Positions 8,807 to 18,707 of a stretch of DNA of 64,000 bases are shown here, in pieces. Origin of the DNA: a virus; the IMG/VR virus record IMGVR_UViG_3300031539_000002. One strand, given 5' to 3'. Under the pieces are notes generated by a model. The model ran no database searches. It saw nothing but the letters and a program-made list of their open reading frames with translations, and was not told the origin of the DNA. The position numbers and the translations under genes are program-made. Positions within the stretch are counted from its first letter, which is position 1. Each line of letters starts with the position of its first letter.

Positions 8807-9817
8807 ATGAGTCAGTGGAGTAGCCCACCTCCCGTGGTGGTCTTGTCGGGGGACGAGGAGTTTTTGCGAGTGCGAGAACTCCGCGAAGCCATTGCTGTGG
8901 CGGATGAGGCAGGGCGCTCCGTCGAGTACGTCAATGGTGACGATCGAGAAGAACTGTCGCGAGTGCTCTCGAGCGCGGGGATCTTTTTCCAAGATGACAT
9001 CTTGGTGGTCATCGAAAACCCTGAGAACGTGGATGACGGTCTTGTTCTTCGTCACCATGAAGCTGGCAACAGCAGTGTTGTCATCCTTCTCTCGCAGAAG
9101 GGAGCCATCAAAAAGAAGTCGAATTTGTCGAAGATAGCTGCGGGGCTTCCGAAGAACCTCGTGGCCAATTTCGAGAAGCCGAAACCGTGGGACGAAGCTG
9201 ATCGAGCTGTGCAGTTTTGCGTGTCTGAGGCACGCAAACGCGGCGTAGGGCTTGAAGACAAGTTCGCAGACGCACTCGTGAAAAACGTAGGTCTCGACCT
9301 TGGAATTCTCACCTTCGAGATCGACAAGCTCGCACGCTACACAAAGATCGAAGGAGCGCGGGACGTAGGTGTGATGCACCTCAAGGCCACCATTGGCGCG
9401 TTCTCCGAATTGGGCCCAAAGCCCGTTGTGGAGGCCCTGGAGCGCTTCGACGCGAAGGGCGTGTCCAACGCATTGGCAAACATGCGACGAACTCATGCGG
9501 GAGCGCTTGGCGGCGCAACACTGCGAGCATGTGCGTTCGTGAGCAGGTCAGCTACGAAGTGGCTGCACATTGCAGCCCTTCTCAACGAAGGTGCAAGTCA
9601 GGATGAAATCGCCTCGCGAACTGGTTTGCATCCCTTTGTGCTCCGCAAAACCCTCCTTCCCGTTGCAAAACGGTGGGGCGAGGGAAGGTTAGTGACCCTT
9701 CTAAAGTCGTTGGCCCGCGTAGAGCGGTCTGTAAGGAGCGGTCATCTTAATTCTTGGGTCCAGCTTGAGTGTGCTTTGCTGGACTCGTTCACCGTCGAGG
9801 CGTCTCGTGTCGGGTAA
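8807..9817 (+). CDS. holA: DNA polymerase III delta-like clamp-loader subunit
   Basis: VVLSGDEEFL N-terminus, GIFF clamp-wrench-like motif, LVKNVGLDLGILTFEIDKLARY, GLHPFVLRK; typical HolA length. Confidence 0.75.
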   Translation: MSQWSSPPPVVVLSGDEEFLRVRELREAIAVADEAGRSVEYVNGDDREELSRVLSSAGIFFQDDILVVIENPENVDDGLVLRHHEAGNSSVVILLSQKGAIKKKSNLSKIAAGLPKNLVANFEKPKPWDEADRAVQFCVSEARKRGVGLEDKFADALVKNVGLDLGILTFEIDKLARYTKIEGARDVGVMHLKATIGAFSELGPKPVVEALERFDAKGVSNALANMRRTHAGALGGATLRACAFVSRSATKWLHIAALLNEGASQDEIASRTGLHPFVLRKTLLPVAKRWGEGRLVTLLKSLARVERSVRSGHLNSWVQLECALLDSFTVEASRVG

Positions 9818-9938
9818 GATCAAATCCCGTCCCGGTAGGTGGCCTATACGACGACCACCTATGCGCGCTGCGTCGAAACGACCACACGCCGCCTTCTCGT
9901 AGACAATCGAACCCCGCAAGGACAGGTCGAGGCACCTC

Positions 9939-12557
9939 ATGCTCCAGACGACTCCACAGGACGTTGCCGTCACAATTCCACAATCCGACTCCAAGAAGAA
10001 AAAGGAGTCGACCCCCAAAATCTCGACCATCACTGTTGATGAGGGAGGAGACCTATCGGTGAAACGACAGAGCTACTCGTACGAGGAACTCTACGGGGCG
10101 ACTCTCAAATACTTCGACGGCGACGAGTTGGCGGCGAATGTGTGGGCGACCAAGTACGCACTCAAGAACCACGAGGGGGAGTTCCTCGAGAAGACGCCGG
10201 CCGACATGCACCGGCGTCTTGCGCGTGAGTTCGCCAGGATCGAAGCGAAGTACCCGAACCCGATGAGTGAAGATGAGATCTTCACCCTCCTCGACAGGTT
10301 TCGGTACATCGTGCCGCAGGGTTCACCGATGAGCGGCATCGGGAATCCCTACAAATTCCAGAGCATTTCCAACTGCTTCGTGATCGAGAGCCCCGCGGAC
10401 AGCTACGGAGGCATCCTCGCCACGGACCAGGAGCAGGTCCAGATCATGAAACGTCGTGGAGGGGTCGGGTTCGACCTCTCTACAATTCGGCCCAAGGGAT
10501 TGCCGACGGCCAACGCCGCGCAGACCACTGACGGCATCGAGATCTTCATGGACCGGTTCAGCAATAGCTGCCGGGAAGTTGCACAAGGAGGGCGCCGAGG
10601 CGCTCTCATGTTGTCTCTGGATGTGCATCACCCTCAAGTTCGAGACTTCGCGAAGATCAAGCGTGACAAGACCCGCGTGACGGGAGCCAACATCTCGATC
10701 CGCCTCTCAGACGAGTTCATGGAAGCCGTCGAGAAGGGCGAGAAGGTGCACCTCCGCTGGCCATGTGAGCCTGGTGTCAAGCACACCGTCGAACAGTGGG
10801 AAGATGCTCGAGAGATCTGGAACGAGATCATCGAGAGCGCTCACGGATGCGCCGAGCCCGGACTCCTGTTCTGGGGCAACGCGAAGAAGTACTCGCCCGC
10901 GGACATCTACGAGGATGAGGGCTTCGGCTCAGTTTCCACAAACCCTTGTGGCGAAATCATCCTGAGTCCCAACGACTCGTGCCGTTTGATGGTCGTGAAC
11001 TTGGCGAACTTCGTGACCGACGCGTTCACTCCCGAAGCTGATTTCGATTGGATCAAGTACCACGACGTCGTCATCAAAGCGCAGCGGCTCATGGATGACA
11101 TGATCGATCTCGAGCTGGAGCAGGTCGATAAGATCATCGCCAAGATCAAAGCAGACCCGGAGCCCGAGCACGTTAAGGTCCACGAGCTCAACCTGTGGAA
11201 GAAGATCCGAGACGCAGCCGTTCGTGGTCGTCGTACAGGTCTCGGAGTGACCGCCGTTGGCGACACCACGGCCATGATGAATCTTCGTTACGGCTCCGAC
11301 GAAAGCATCGAGTTCGTGGAGAAGATGTACCGCGCGCTCGCGGTGGGGTCCTACGACTCCTCCATTACGATGGCGCAGGAGCGCGGGTGTTTCCCCGTCT
11401 ACAACTTCCGCAAGGAACACGACCACCCCTTCATCCAGCGCATCCTCGACGCCGGCGGTGAGGACATGCGTGAGCGATACGAGGCCCATGGTCGTCGCAA
11501 CATCGCCAACACCACCACAGCCCCGTGCGGCTCCGTGTCACTTCTGACGCAGACCACAAGCGGCATCGAGCCCGCTTACCTGGTGGTCTACAAGCGCCGC
11601 AAGAAGATTAACCCCAACGACGAAGACGTGTCCGTGGATTTCACGGATCTCATGGGGGACCGGTGGACGGAGTTCACCGTTCGGCATCACGGCTTTGCTC
11701 AGTGGCAGGCAGCCAACGGAAAAACGGACAAGGACCTCGAGGAGAGCCCCTACTGGAAAGCCACGTCCAACGATGTGGACTGGGTTCAGAAGGTGAAGAT
11801 GCAGGGAGCTGCGCAGAAGTGGATCTGCCATGCCATCTCAAATACGACGAACCTGCCGGCCGACGTGGACATCGAGACCGTCAAGAGTGTCTACGAGGCA
11901 GGGTGGAAAGCTGGCTGCAAAGGGCTCACGGTTTACCGCGATGGGTCGCGCTCAAACGTCCTCGGGGACAACCACCTGTTCGTGCAGCATGACGCACCAA
12001 AACGACCGGACCGTCTTCCATGTGAAGTTCAGCGCAGCAGCGTCAAGGTGGGCCACGACGCCAAAGGGAACCCCATCATGGAGGACTGGCTGTTCTTCGT
12101 AGGGTTGTTTGAGGGCAAGCCTTTTGAGATTTTCGGTGGCACGACTGAGAACATCGAGCTCCCCAAGAAGGTCGAGAAGGGCGTCATCGTCAAGCGGACG
12201 TTCAAGAACGGCGGCAAGTACGACTTCTACTACGGTGAAGGCGACGATCCGACGAAGATCAAGAACATCGTGCGGCAGTTCGACAATCCCGACCAAGGGT
12301 GGGCGACGCGCATGATCTCACTGTCTCTGCGGCACGGTTCGCCGATCCAGTACATCGTCGAACAGCTCGGACGAGACAAGGAGGCGGACATGTTCGCGTT
12401 CTCCAAGTGCATCGCTCGAGTGCTCAAGAAGTACATTCCCGACGGCACTCCTGCGACCGCCGAGAAAGTATGCCCCGGCTGTGGCGCTGAGGAGAGTTTC
12501 ATCTACGAGGAAGGCTGCTCCAAGTGCCTCTCGTGTGGCGACAGCAAGTGCGGGTAG
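9939..12557 (+). CDS. nrdJ: Class II (adenosylcobalamin-dependent) ribonucleotide reductase
   Basis: SNCFV, RRGGVG, GGRRGALM, TNPCGE, TTAPCGSVS, GCKGLTVYRDGSR, and C-terminal CPGC...EEGCSKCLSCG. No beta-subunit gene adjacent. Alternative start GTG 10059 after GGAG. Confidence 0.92.
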   Translation: MLQTTPQDVAVTIPQSDSKKKKESTPKISTITVDEGGDLSVKRQSYSYEELYGATLKYFDGDELAANVWATKYALKNHEGEFLEKTPADMHRRLAREFARIEAKYPNPMSEDEIFTLLDRFRYIVPQGSPMSGIGNPYKFQSISNCFVIESPADSYGGILATDQEQVQIMKRRGGVGFDLSTIRPKGLPTANAAQTTDGIEIFMDRFSNSCREVAQGGRRGALMLSLDVHHPQVRDFAKIKRDKTRVTGANISIRLSDEFMEAVEKGEKVHLRWPCEPGVKHTVEQWEDAREIWNEIIESAHGCAEPGLLFWGNAKKYSPADIYEDEGFGSVSTNPCGEIILSPNDSCRLMVVNLANFVTDAFTPEADFDWIKYHDVVIKAQRLMDDMIDLELEQVDKIIAKIKADPEPEHVKVHELNLWKKIRDAAVRGRRTGLGVTAVGDTTAMMNLRYGSDESIEFVEKMYRALAVGSYDSSITMAQERGCFPVYNFRKEHDHPFIQRILDAGGEDMRERYEAHGRRNIANTTTAPCGSVSLLTQTTSGIEPAYLVVYKRRKKINPNDEDVSVDFTDLMGDRWTEFTVRHHGFAQWQAANGKTDKDLEESPYWKATSNDVDWVQKVKMQGAAQKWICHAISNTTNLPADVDIETVKSVYEAGWKAGCKGLTVYRDGSRSNVLGDNHLFVQHDAPKRPDRLPCEVQRSSVKVGHDAKGNPIMEDWLFFVGLFEGKPFEIFGGTTENIELPKKVEKGVIVKRTFKNGGKYDFYYGEGDDPTKIKNIVRQFDNPDQGWATRMISLSLRHGSPIQYIVEQLGRDKEADMFAFSKCIARVLKKYIPDGTPATAEKVCPGCGAEESFIYEEGCSKCLSCGDSKCG

Positions 12558-12563
12558 CGCCGA

Positions 12564-12737
12564 TCAGATGAAGAAGTCGATGACGGCGATCCCGCGCTCA
12601 GGGATCTCTTTCTCGGCTTCTTCATCTTCTCCATCCTCGGAACGGTGACGACGCGGCAGATCGATCTCAAGCTCAAGGCGAGGTCGAGGTTGCGGGCGTT
12701 GGCGCTCGGGGAGGCGTCTGAGATGTCGGCGTTCCAT
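12564..12737 (-). CDS. Small hypothetical protein (57 aa, below the ORF-track cutoff)
   Basis: Minus-strand ATG 12737 to TGA 12564 encodes MERRHLRRLPERQRPQPRPRLELEIDLP...PERGIAVIDFFI and fills an otherwise empty gap. Confidence 0.45.
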   Translation of the reverse strand: MERRHLRRLPERQRPQPRPRLELEIDLPRRHRSEDGEDEEAEKEIPERGIAVIDFFI

Positions 12738-12821
12738 GTTCAATGAACGGGATCGAGTTAAGTCTTACACGGTTTGGGTCTCTTTTCACGTTTAGCAAGC
12801 CCCAGGTGGGTAAATTCCTTG

Positions 12822-13370
12822 ATGGCCGAGACATTCACAGGACTCAAGGTGAAGGACTTCCTTGGGGTCTTCTACCGCGAAGATCGCCGCCTGATGCTCG
12901 CAGATGAGTTCGATGGCGTGCGGGACGTGGACGCTGAACTGGCCTCATACGAGGGTCAGGAGATCCGACTGCTGGCGCACCATCGCCCACTGGAGCCGGC
13001 AGACAACAACCGGTGGGGAGGTGGGTGCTGCATGTTGGAAAACTCTGGGCACTGCCACTTCGGTCATCACGAAGATCCACGAAGAGCCTTCACGTTCAAT
13101 TCCAAGGGCGTACTACGAAGGAGGGAAGACCGTTGGTATCTCGAACACGAAGAAGACGAAACCGAATGCTTGGTCGACTGCCTCGTCGGGCACCGCTCGC
13201 AGATCATCATCACGACGGTTCCCGATCTCGAGGGCCTCGAAGAGAAGGTGAAATCCTTCGACCCCTCCACAACACAACCCGAGACCCTCGACGAGATGGC
13301 TGAGCAGATCAAGAATTTGCGCGACACCCTCGCCGAAATTAATCACCTGAAGAACGATATTGATGTCTGA
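12822..13370 (+). CDS. Hypothetical protein with Cys/His cluster and C-terminal coiled coil
   Basis: WGGGCC...CHFGHH. ATG 12822 preceded by GGGTAAATT-N5. Confidence 0.65.
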   Translation: MAETFTGLKVKDFLGVFYREDRRLMLADEFDGVRDVDAELASYEGQEIRLLAHHRPLEPADNNRWGGGCCMLENSGHCHFGHHEDPRRAFTFNSKGVLRRREDRWYLEHEEDETECLVDCLVGHRSQIIITTVPDLEGLEEKVKSFDPSTTQPETLDEMAEQIKNLRDTLAEINHLKNDIDV

Positions 13371-15732
13371 GTATCATGCAGGCCGAGTCAGGGCCGTCAT
13401 TTTTGAGAACGCCGCGCAGTCGTTCTACATCATCGAGATGGTGCTCGATGGCCAAGCGACCGTAGATTCCACGGAGGCCAAAGGGACCACCGTGCGGGGC
13501 AGCGTTCCAGGCCTCGATGTGAAACCCGGATGTTGGTTTGGGTTTGAGGGGCACTGGGTCGATCACGACAAGTACGGGCGCCAACTCCTCATTGACCGCG
13601 CTCCTGTCATCGAGGGTTCGTGGGACTCCGAGAAGGCGCTCAAGATGTTGCAGAGCCACGGCGTCGGAGCGCGCACCTGCGACAGCTTGCACGAGCAGTT
13701 CGGCGACGACTTGCTCGACGCGCTTTCGGACGCCACGAAGCTCCAAACGGTGCCAGGGATCTCCGAGTTCTCCGCACAGCACATCGTCAGTCGATGGCGC
13801 GCTGTCCGGGCCATGTTTCAGAGTCTTGAGTTCCTCGGTGAACTTGAACTCCCCAAGCAGCGCATCGAACAGATCTACGCGCACTTTGGAGACGAAGCCG
13901 AAGAGATGCTGTCCGAAAACCCTTGGGCTCTCGTTGAGATCGACGGCATCAACTTCGACCAGGCCGATGAGGTTGCCCGTAAACTCAGTCTCGATCTCTC
14001 CAGCGAAAGCCGTATTCGAGGCGCCGCGCTCTACACCTGCAAAGCCAAGCGGGGCATGGGGCACCTCTACTTGAGCTCAGGCGAACTCGTGAAGGGCATC
14101 ACCCACTACGCCCCTGAGATCGACAAGAGCAAGATCGCCCAAACCCTCAAAGACCTCCACGACGAGAACCTTCTGCTCATCGACAACAAGACTCGTGAAG
14201 GGGTCACTGCGATTTACGAGCCATGGTTCTACCAGCTCGAGCTTGAGTCAGCCCGACTGTTGGCCGAACGAAAGGTGAGGGCCAGGATCACGGAAGAAGA
14301 CCAAGCCGAGTACCTCGAACGCTTGGGGACTGTGGGACCCAAAAGCGAGAAGGCTGCCAAGCGCAAAGACGCCAAGATCAAAACGGTTGCGAAAGCTGCC
14401 ATCAAAGAGTTCGCCGAAGGCGGCACTACCTCCCTGTCCGAGGCTCAGCTTGATGGTGCCGTCAACGCCATCACAGAGTCCCTGTCGGTTCTGACCGGGC
14501 TGCCCGGCACCGGCAAGACAACGACGCTCAGAGTCGTTGTGAAGGTGCTCCAAGACGCCGGTATCCCTTTCCTTTTGGCGGCTCCCACGGGCATTGCCGC
14601 CAAGCGCCTCACAGCCGTCACAGGGGCCGAGGCGTCCACCATCCACCGAGCCTTCGGAGCCAAGGGAAAAGACCGTGACGATGGTCGTGAGGCCACCTAC
14701 GCGGGCATCGTGGGCTTCGGGGACCGGGAGGTGGATACCGACGGTTCACGGGAGTTCTGGGAGTTCTCCGCGCACCAACCGCACCCGGCCAAAGTCGCCA
14801 TCATCGACGAGAGTTCGATGGTCGATCAGCACTTGCTGTTTCGAGTGCTGACCTGCACCGCGAAGGATTGTCGCATCGTGTTCGTGGGGGATGCCGCACA
14901 GCTCCCCTCAGTCGGTCCCGGCAATGTCCTGCGGGACCTGATCGACAGCGGCAAGATCCCCGTGACCGACCTACGGGAGATCTTCCGGCAGCACGAGGCC
15001 AGCGATATCGTCATCGCGGCCCATGCCATCAACCGTGGGGATGTGCCCGAGTTTGAGCACAAGAGTCGGGACTTTTCGGTGGTGGAAGTCCGTGACGAGA
15101 ACAAGATCCTGGCGACGATCACGGCCACGGTCCAGAAGCTCTACGACCTCAGGGTCAACTTCCAAGTACTCAGCCCGCGCCATGGGGGGACGCTCGGGGT
15201 CACGAGTCTCAATCTCCGCATCCGAGAGTTGCTCAATCCCAAGGCCCCCGGTCTCCGTGAAATGCGTCTCGGCTCCGAGATGATTCGCGAAGGGGATCGA
15301 GTCATGGTGGCGAAGAACAACTACCGGTTCGAGATTTTCAATGGTGATGTGGGGAAGGTCGTACGTCTGGACCCGAAGGCAAAGATCGTGGAAATCAAGA
15401 TCCACGGACCGCCGGTGATGCACGTCCAGATGCCTTTCAAGGAGGCACCCTCACACCTGCGGATGGCGTACTGCACGACTGTCCATAAGAGTCAGGGGCA
15501 GGAGTACGACATGATCCTGATGCCCTGGACGAACTCGTTCCGGCATCAGTTACAGCGGAACTTGCTGTACACGGCCATCACCCGAGCCCGTAAAAAGGTC
15601 ATTTTGGTAGGGCATCCCGAGGCGATGGCAAAGGCCATCGACAACAACAAGGTCGATGCTCGCAACACGCTTTTTCCCGATCGGCTTCGGCATTTTATCG
15701 ATCAGGGGTTGGTGCCCCGATCGAAGGGGTAA
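13360..15732 (+). CDS. recD2: RecD2-like SF1B DNA helicase
   Basis: N-terminal OB-like and HhH region, Walker A GLPGTGKTT, IIDESSM, VGDAAQLPSVGPG, YCTTVHKSQGQE, LLYTAITRARK. Confidence 0.93.
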   Translation: MMSEYHAGRVRAVIFENAAQSFYIIEMVLDGQATVDSTEAKGTTVRGSVPGLDVKPGCWFGFEGHWVDHDKYGRQLLIDRAPVIEGSWDSEKALKMLQSHGVGARTCDSLHEQFGDDLLDALSDATKLQTVPGISEFSAQHIVSRWRAVRAMFQSLEFLGELELPKQRIEQIYAHFGDEAEEMLSENPWALVEIDGINFDQADEVARKLSLDLSSESRIRGAALYTCKAKRGMGHLYLSSGELVKGITHYAPEIDKSKIAQTLKDLHDENLLLIDNKTREGVTAIYEPWFYQLELESARLLAERKVRARITEEDQAEYLERLGTVGPKSEKAAKRKDAKIKTVAKAAIKEFAEGGTTSLSEAQLDGAVNAITESLSVLTGLPGTGKTTTLRVVVKVLQDAGIPFLLAAPTGIAAKRLTAVTGAEASTIHRAFGAKGKDRDDGREATYAGIVGFGDREVDTDGSREFWEFSAHQPHPAKVAIIDESSMVDQHLLFRVLTCTAKDCRIVFVGDAAQLPSVGPGNVLRDLIDSGKIPVTDLREIFRQHEASDIVIAAHAINRGDVPEFEHKSRDFSVVEVRDENKILATITATVQKLYDLRVNFQVLSPRHGGTLGVTSLNLRIRELLNPKAPGLREMRLGSEMIREGDRVMVAKNNYRFEIFNGDVGKVVRLDPKAKIVEIKIHGPPVMHVQMPFKEAPSHLRMAYCTTVHKSQGQEYDMILMPWTNSFRHQLQRNLLYTAITRARKKVILVGHPEAMAKAIDNNKVDARNTLFPDRLRHFIDQGLVPRSKG

Positions 15733-15749
15733 ACCGAGGGAGGACAGTC

Positions 15750-16187
15750 ATGGCCGAAGACGGACCGCAAGAGATAGACAAACGCCAGATCAAGGAGCGT
15801 CTTCGTCGCATCCGCGATGGGATTCGCATCACAAAGATCACCTGCAGCCGGGCAGTGAAAGGGCGCAATGGGGATTCGTTCGTAGCGTTCTCTGCGGCGT
15901 ACCAGTCGGTGCAGGATGACAAGGGAGGGATGGGGGGAGACACGCATGCCACCCCTGAGGAGGACGGGGCCTACGCGGCACAAGGCATCAAGATGAAGGA
16001 CGCGAAACTCGCTCGGTACATGTTGTCGATGGAGTGCGACCTAGCGGCCCTTGAGTCGGCCGCAGCGAACGGCAGCATCAGTCCTCAGATGTTCCAAGAC
16101 TCCGTCCGAGGGGTTCGAGAGACCTACAACCGACTCGTTCTGCGAGAGATGGGAGCGACCAATGGGAACGCCAGCGACCAAGCCTAA
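15750..16187 (+). CDS. Hypothetical protein
   Basis: 145-aa ORF with GGAGG RBS. Confidence 0.7.
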   Translation: MAEDGPQEIDKRQIKERLRRIRDGIRITKITCSRAVKGRNGDSFVAFSAAYQSVQDDKGGMGGDTHATPEEDGAYAAQGIKMKDAKLARYMLSMECDLAALESAAANGSISPQMFQDSVRGVRETYNRLVLREMGATNGNASDQA

Positions 16188-17184
16188 GCCAGAGCCTCTC
16201 GCTATCCCCGTTGTGGATCTTGACCGTATCCGGGAGACCTACGCGGAACTCAAAGGGATGCAGGTCAAGCTTGACCCCAATCCCATTCTGTACGGGCCGA
16301 AACGGTTCAACAACCGAATCGCTTCCGTGCGGGCCATGCTCAACCGGGTCGATCAGATCTTCCTCCAAGTCTCCGAGGACCTGCATCTCTTCAAGCGCAT
16401 CATCAACGCCAAGCGCACACTCTACGATTTTGAGAAGCGCGAACTCATGGTGAACGACACCCGGGTTCGGGTGGGTCGATCACAGGCCGAGCGCGAAGCC
16501 CTGGCCGATGTGCAGCTCAGAGACACCCTCGAGGACTTGGCCGAGCTCGAGCGGGCCGCTCACGACCTTGAGACCATGATGATCTCCATCAAGTCCAAGC
16601 GCACGGACCTCAAGGACGCGCAGGGACGGATGCGAGACCAGATGAAGATGATTGAGCACGACCTCGGAATGGGGGCTCGATGGGGCTCCAACGCGGGGCC
16701 CTCTTTAGAGGCAGCGAGTGTCACTGACATCGACAGCATGCTCGCAGACGTGGATGCCAGCCTCGGTATTGTGGATGGCGACGACGAAGAAGAGGACGAA
16801 GAAGAGGACGAGGACGACGAAGAAGAGGAGAGCGAGGACGAAGAGGTCGTCGTGGACGATGCGGGCCAAGACCCCTCTCCTCATGCAGAGGAGCCCGTTC
16901 TGGTCTTCGGCGAAGAAGCCGAAGAGGACGAAGAAACCGAGACCGAGGACGAAGAAGCCGAAGAGGACGAAGAAGCCGAAGAGGACGACATCGAAAAACT
17001 CTTGCCCGACGAAAAGGACGATGGGGATCTACCCGACGACGACAACACGCCATCCGACGTGAGTTCGTTCCTCGATTCGATTGGCTCGAGTGACGAAGAA
17101 GATTCCGAAAGTGACGACGAAGACGACGCCGACGAGGTGATGGGCATTGAAAGCCTGATCGCTAGCCTCGCCGACGATGATTGA
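16162..17184 (+). CDS. Coiled-coil protein with long acidic C-terminal tail (possible recombination mediator)
   Basis: Helical N-terminal half and ~130-aa D/E-rich tail. Lies next to SSB, RuvC and RecA. Confidence 0.65.
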   Translation: MGTPATKPKPEPLAIPVVDLDRIRETYAELKGMQVKLDPNPILYGPKRFNNRIASVRAMLNRVDQIFLQVSEDLHLFKRIINAKRTLYDFEKRELMVNDTRVRVGRSQAEREALADVQLRDTLEDLAELERAAHDLETMMISIKSKRTDLKDAQGRMRDQMKMIEHDLGMGARWGSNAGPSLEAASVTDIDSMLADVDASLGIVDGDDEEEDEEEDEDDEEEESEDEEVVVDDAGQDPSPHAEEPVLVFGEEAEEDEETETEDEEAEEDEEAEEDDIEKLLPDEKDDGDLPDDDNTPSDVSSFLDSIGSSDEEDSESDDEDDADEVMGIESLIASLADDD

Positions 17185-17272
17185 AAAGTTTCCGTCGTTT
17201 TTTGCGCGTAGAAGAAATGAACAGGCAACGTCTAACCGACACTGCCCCTCACCAACGAAAGAGAACAAGACA

Positions 17273-18034
17273 ATGAGTGCATCAACTTTTGGATTCGGAC
17301 AGAACGACGCCGGTATCGGCGGCAAAACCAAGAAGTTCAAGGCGGACGAGGGCAAGACCTACCGTCTCGGCTTCGTCTGGTGGCCCGGCATGGAAGAAGG
17401 CAAGAAGGTCACGACTGCGACCCTGACGCCTCCTGAGGGTGAGGACGATGAGAAGCTCACCCCCCACTTCATCGGAGCTCGCCAGTTCTACGTGGAGGGC
17501 GTCGGCTATGTCATCGACACCGGCCCTGAAATCGGACAGCTCTTGGGGCAGCAGTCCAAGCCCAAGATCGCCACCATCGTGGTCTCGTGGGCGCTTGGGA
17601 AGAAAGGACAGCCGACCAAGGAGTCGCTGTTCGAGGACCTTCCCGAGGTCATGCCGTGGATCTTCTCGGGCGACAAGTACGAGAAGCTCAAGAAGATGCA
17701 CCTCTCGGGCTACCCCATGCACGAGTGGGATGTCCAAGCGGACGTGGAGAAGGGCGGGGCTCAGTTCCAGAAGCTGACCTTCCTTCCTGCCAAGCAGTGC
17801 ATCTTCAAGGAGATGCTCAAGAACGACAACGAGCGTGCGCAGGAGATCGCCAATCACATCATCGCGCAGGTCCGGGCTCTGGCCCCGAACCTCGAGGGTG
17901 AGATCGGTCGAAAGTACACGCTCGACCAGCTCAAGGAGAAGCTCGGTCACGAGGTCTCCTCACCGGTCGGCAATGCGGTGGCCGGCGGCGATGTCGAGGT
18001 GGACAACCTGCTCGGCTCGATGCTGGACGACTAG
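17273..18034 (+). CDS. Putative single-stranded DNA-binding protein
   Basis: Phage-SSB-like layout (KFKADEGKTYRL...WIFSGDKY...DVQ) with acidic/hydrophobic C-terminus DVEVDNLLGSMLDD. Recombination context. Confidence 0.55.
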   Translation: MSASTFGFGQNDAGIGGKTKKFKADEGKTYRLGFVWWPGMEEGKKVTTATLTPPEGEDDEKLTPHFIGARQFYVEGVGYVIDTGPEIGQLLGQQSKPKIATIVVSWALGKKGQPTKESLFEDLPEVMPWIFSGDKYEKLKKMHLSGYPMHEWDVQADVEKGGAQFQKLTFLPAKQCIFKEMLKNDNERAQEIANHIIAQVRALAPNLEGEIGRKYTLDQLKEKLGHEVSSPVGNAVAGGDVEVDNLLGSMLDD

Positions 18035-18052
18035 GTCTCGGTAGGGTTCCAG

Positions 18053-18697
18053 ATGCGGATTTTAGGTCTGGACCCGTCACTGAGGAACTACGGATGGGCA
18101 CTCCATGACACGGAGGCAAGCGGCCCCGACCGATGTATCGATCGGGGCCGCTTTCAAACGGAGAAGAAACAGTTCTCAGACGAGATCGGTCGCTACATGC
18201 ACCTGCGAGAGTGCCTCCGAGCGAAGATCCAAGAGCTTGAGCCCGACAACATGGGCCTCGAGCATCCCGTCATGAATGAGGACTACTCCGAGGGCATGTA
18301 CGGACTGTTTTTGTTCACCATGGAAGCCATCAAAACCGAAGCCCAGAATCTGGTGCTTGTGGGACCCCCGCAGATCAAGAAGTGGGCGTTCGATTTCATG
18401 GACCGCCCCAAGGGTTGGAAGATGGGGAAAATGGACATGTGCATGACCGCGTCCGAACACACGGGCGGCGGTAACTGGGACCACAACGAGGCCGATGCGT
18501 ACATCGTCTCGATCTTCGCGGGTCGGTTCTGGAATTTCTACGTGGGCAATCTGAACGAAGACGAGCTCACACCGTACGAGTTGAAGACGTTCACCAGCAT
18601 CAGGACCATCACGAAAGGCAAACGCGCCGGACAGCAAGAGGCCAAAGGTTTCTTGCACCGCGAGGGCGATCGCTTTTTCCTGTGGTCCGTGGAGTAG
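18053..18697 (+). CDS. ruvC: RuvC-like Holliday junction resolvase
   Basis: ILGLDPSL...GWA, GLEHP and DHNEADA acidic residues of the RNase H fold. Confidence 0.8.
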   Translation: MRILGLDPSLRNYGWALHDTEASGPDRCIDRGRFQTEKKQFSDEIGRYMHLRECLRAKIQELEPDNMGLEHPVMNEDYSEGMYGLFLFTMEAIKTEAQNLVLVGPPQIKKWAFDFMDRPKGWKMGKMDMCMTASEHTGGGNWDHNEADAYIVSIFAGRFWNFYVGNLNEDELTPYELKTFTSIRTITKGKRAGQQEAKGFLHREGDRFFLWSVE

Positions 18698-18707
18698 AAG
18701 GCTAGCC

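Noticed and set aside
9939-12557. Inteins or introns in nrdJ, recA or terL
   Set aside because: Lengths are ordinary, frames are uninterrupted and no intein splice or homing-endonuclease motifs were seen.
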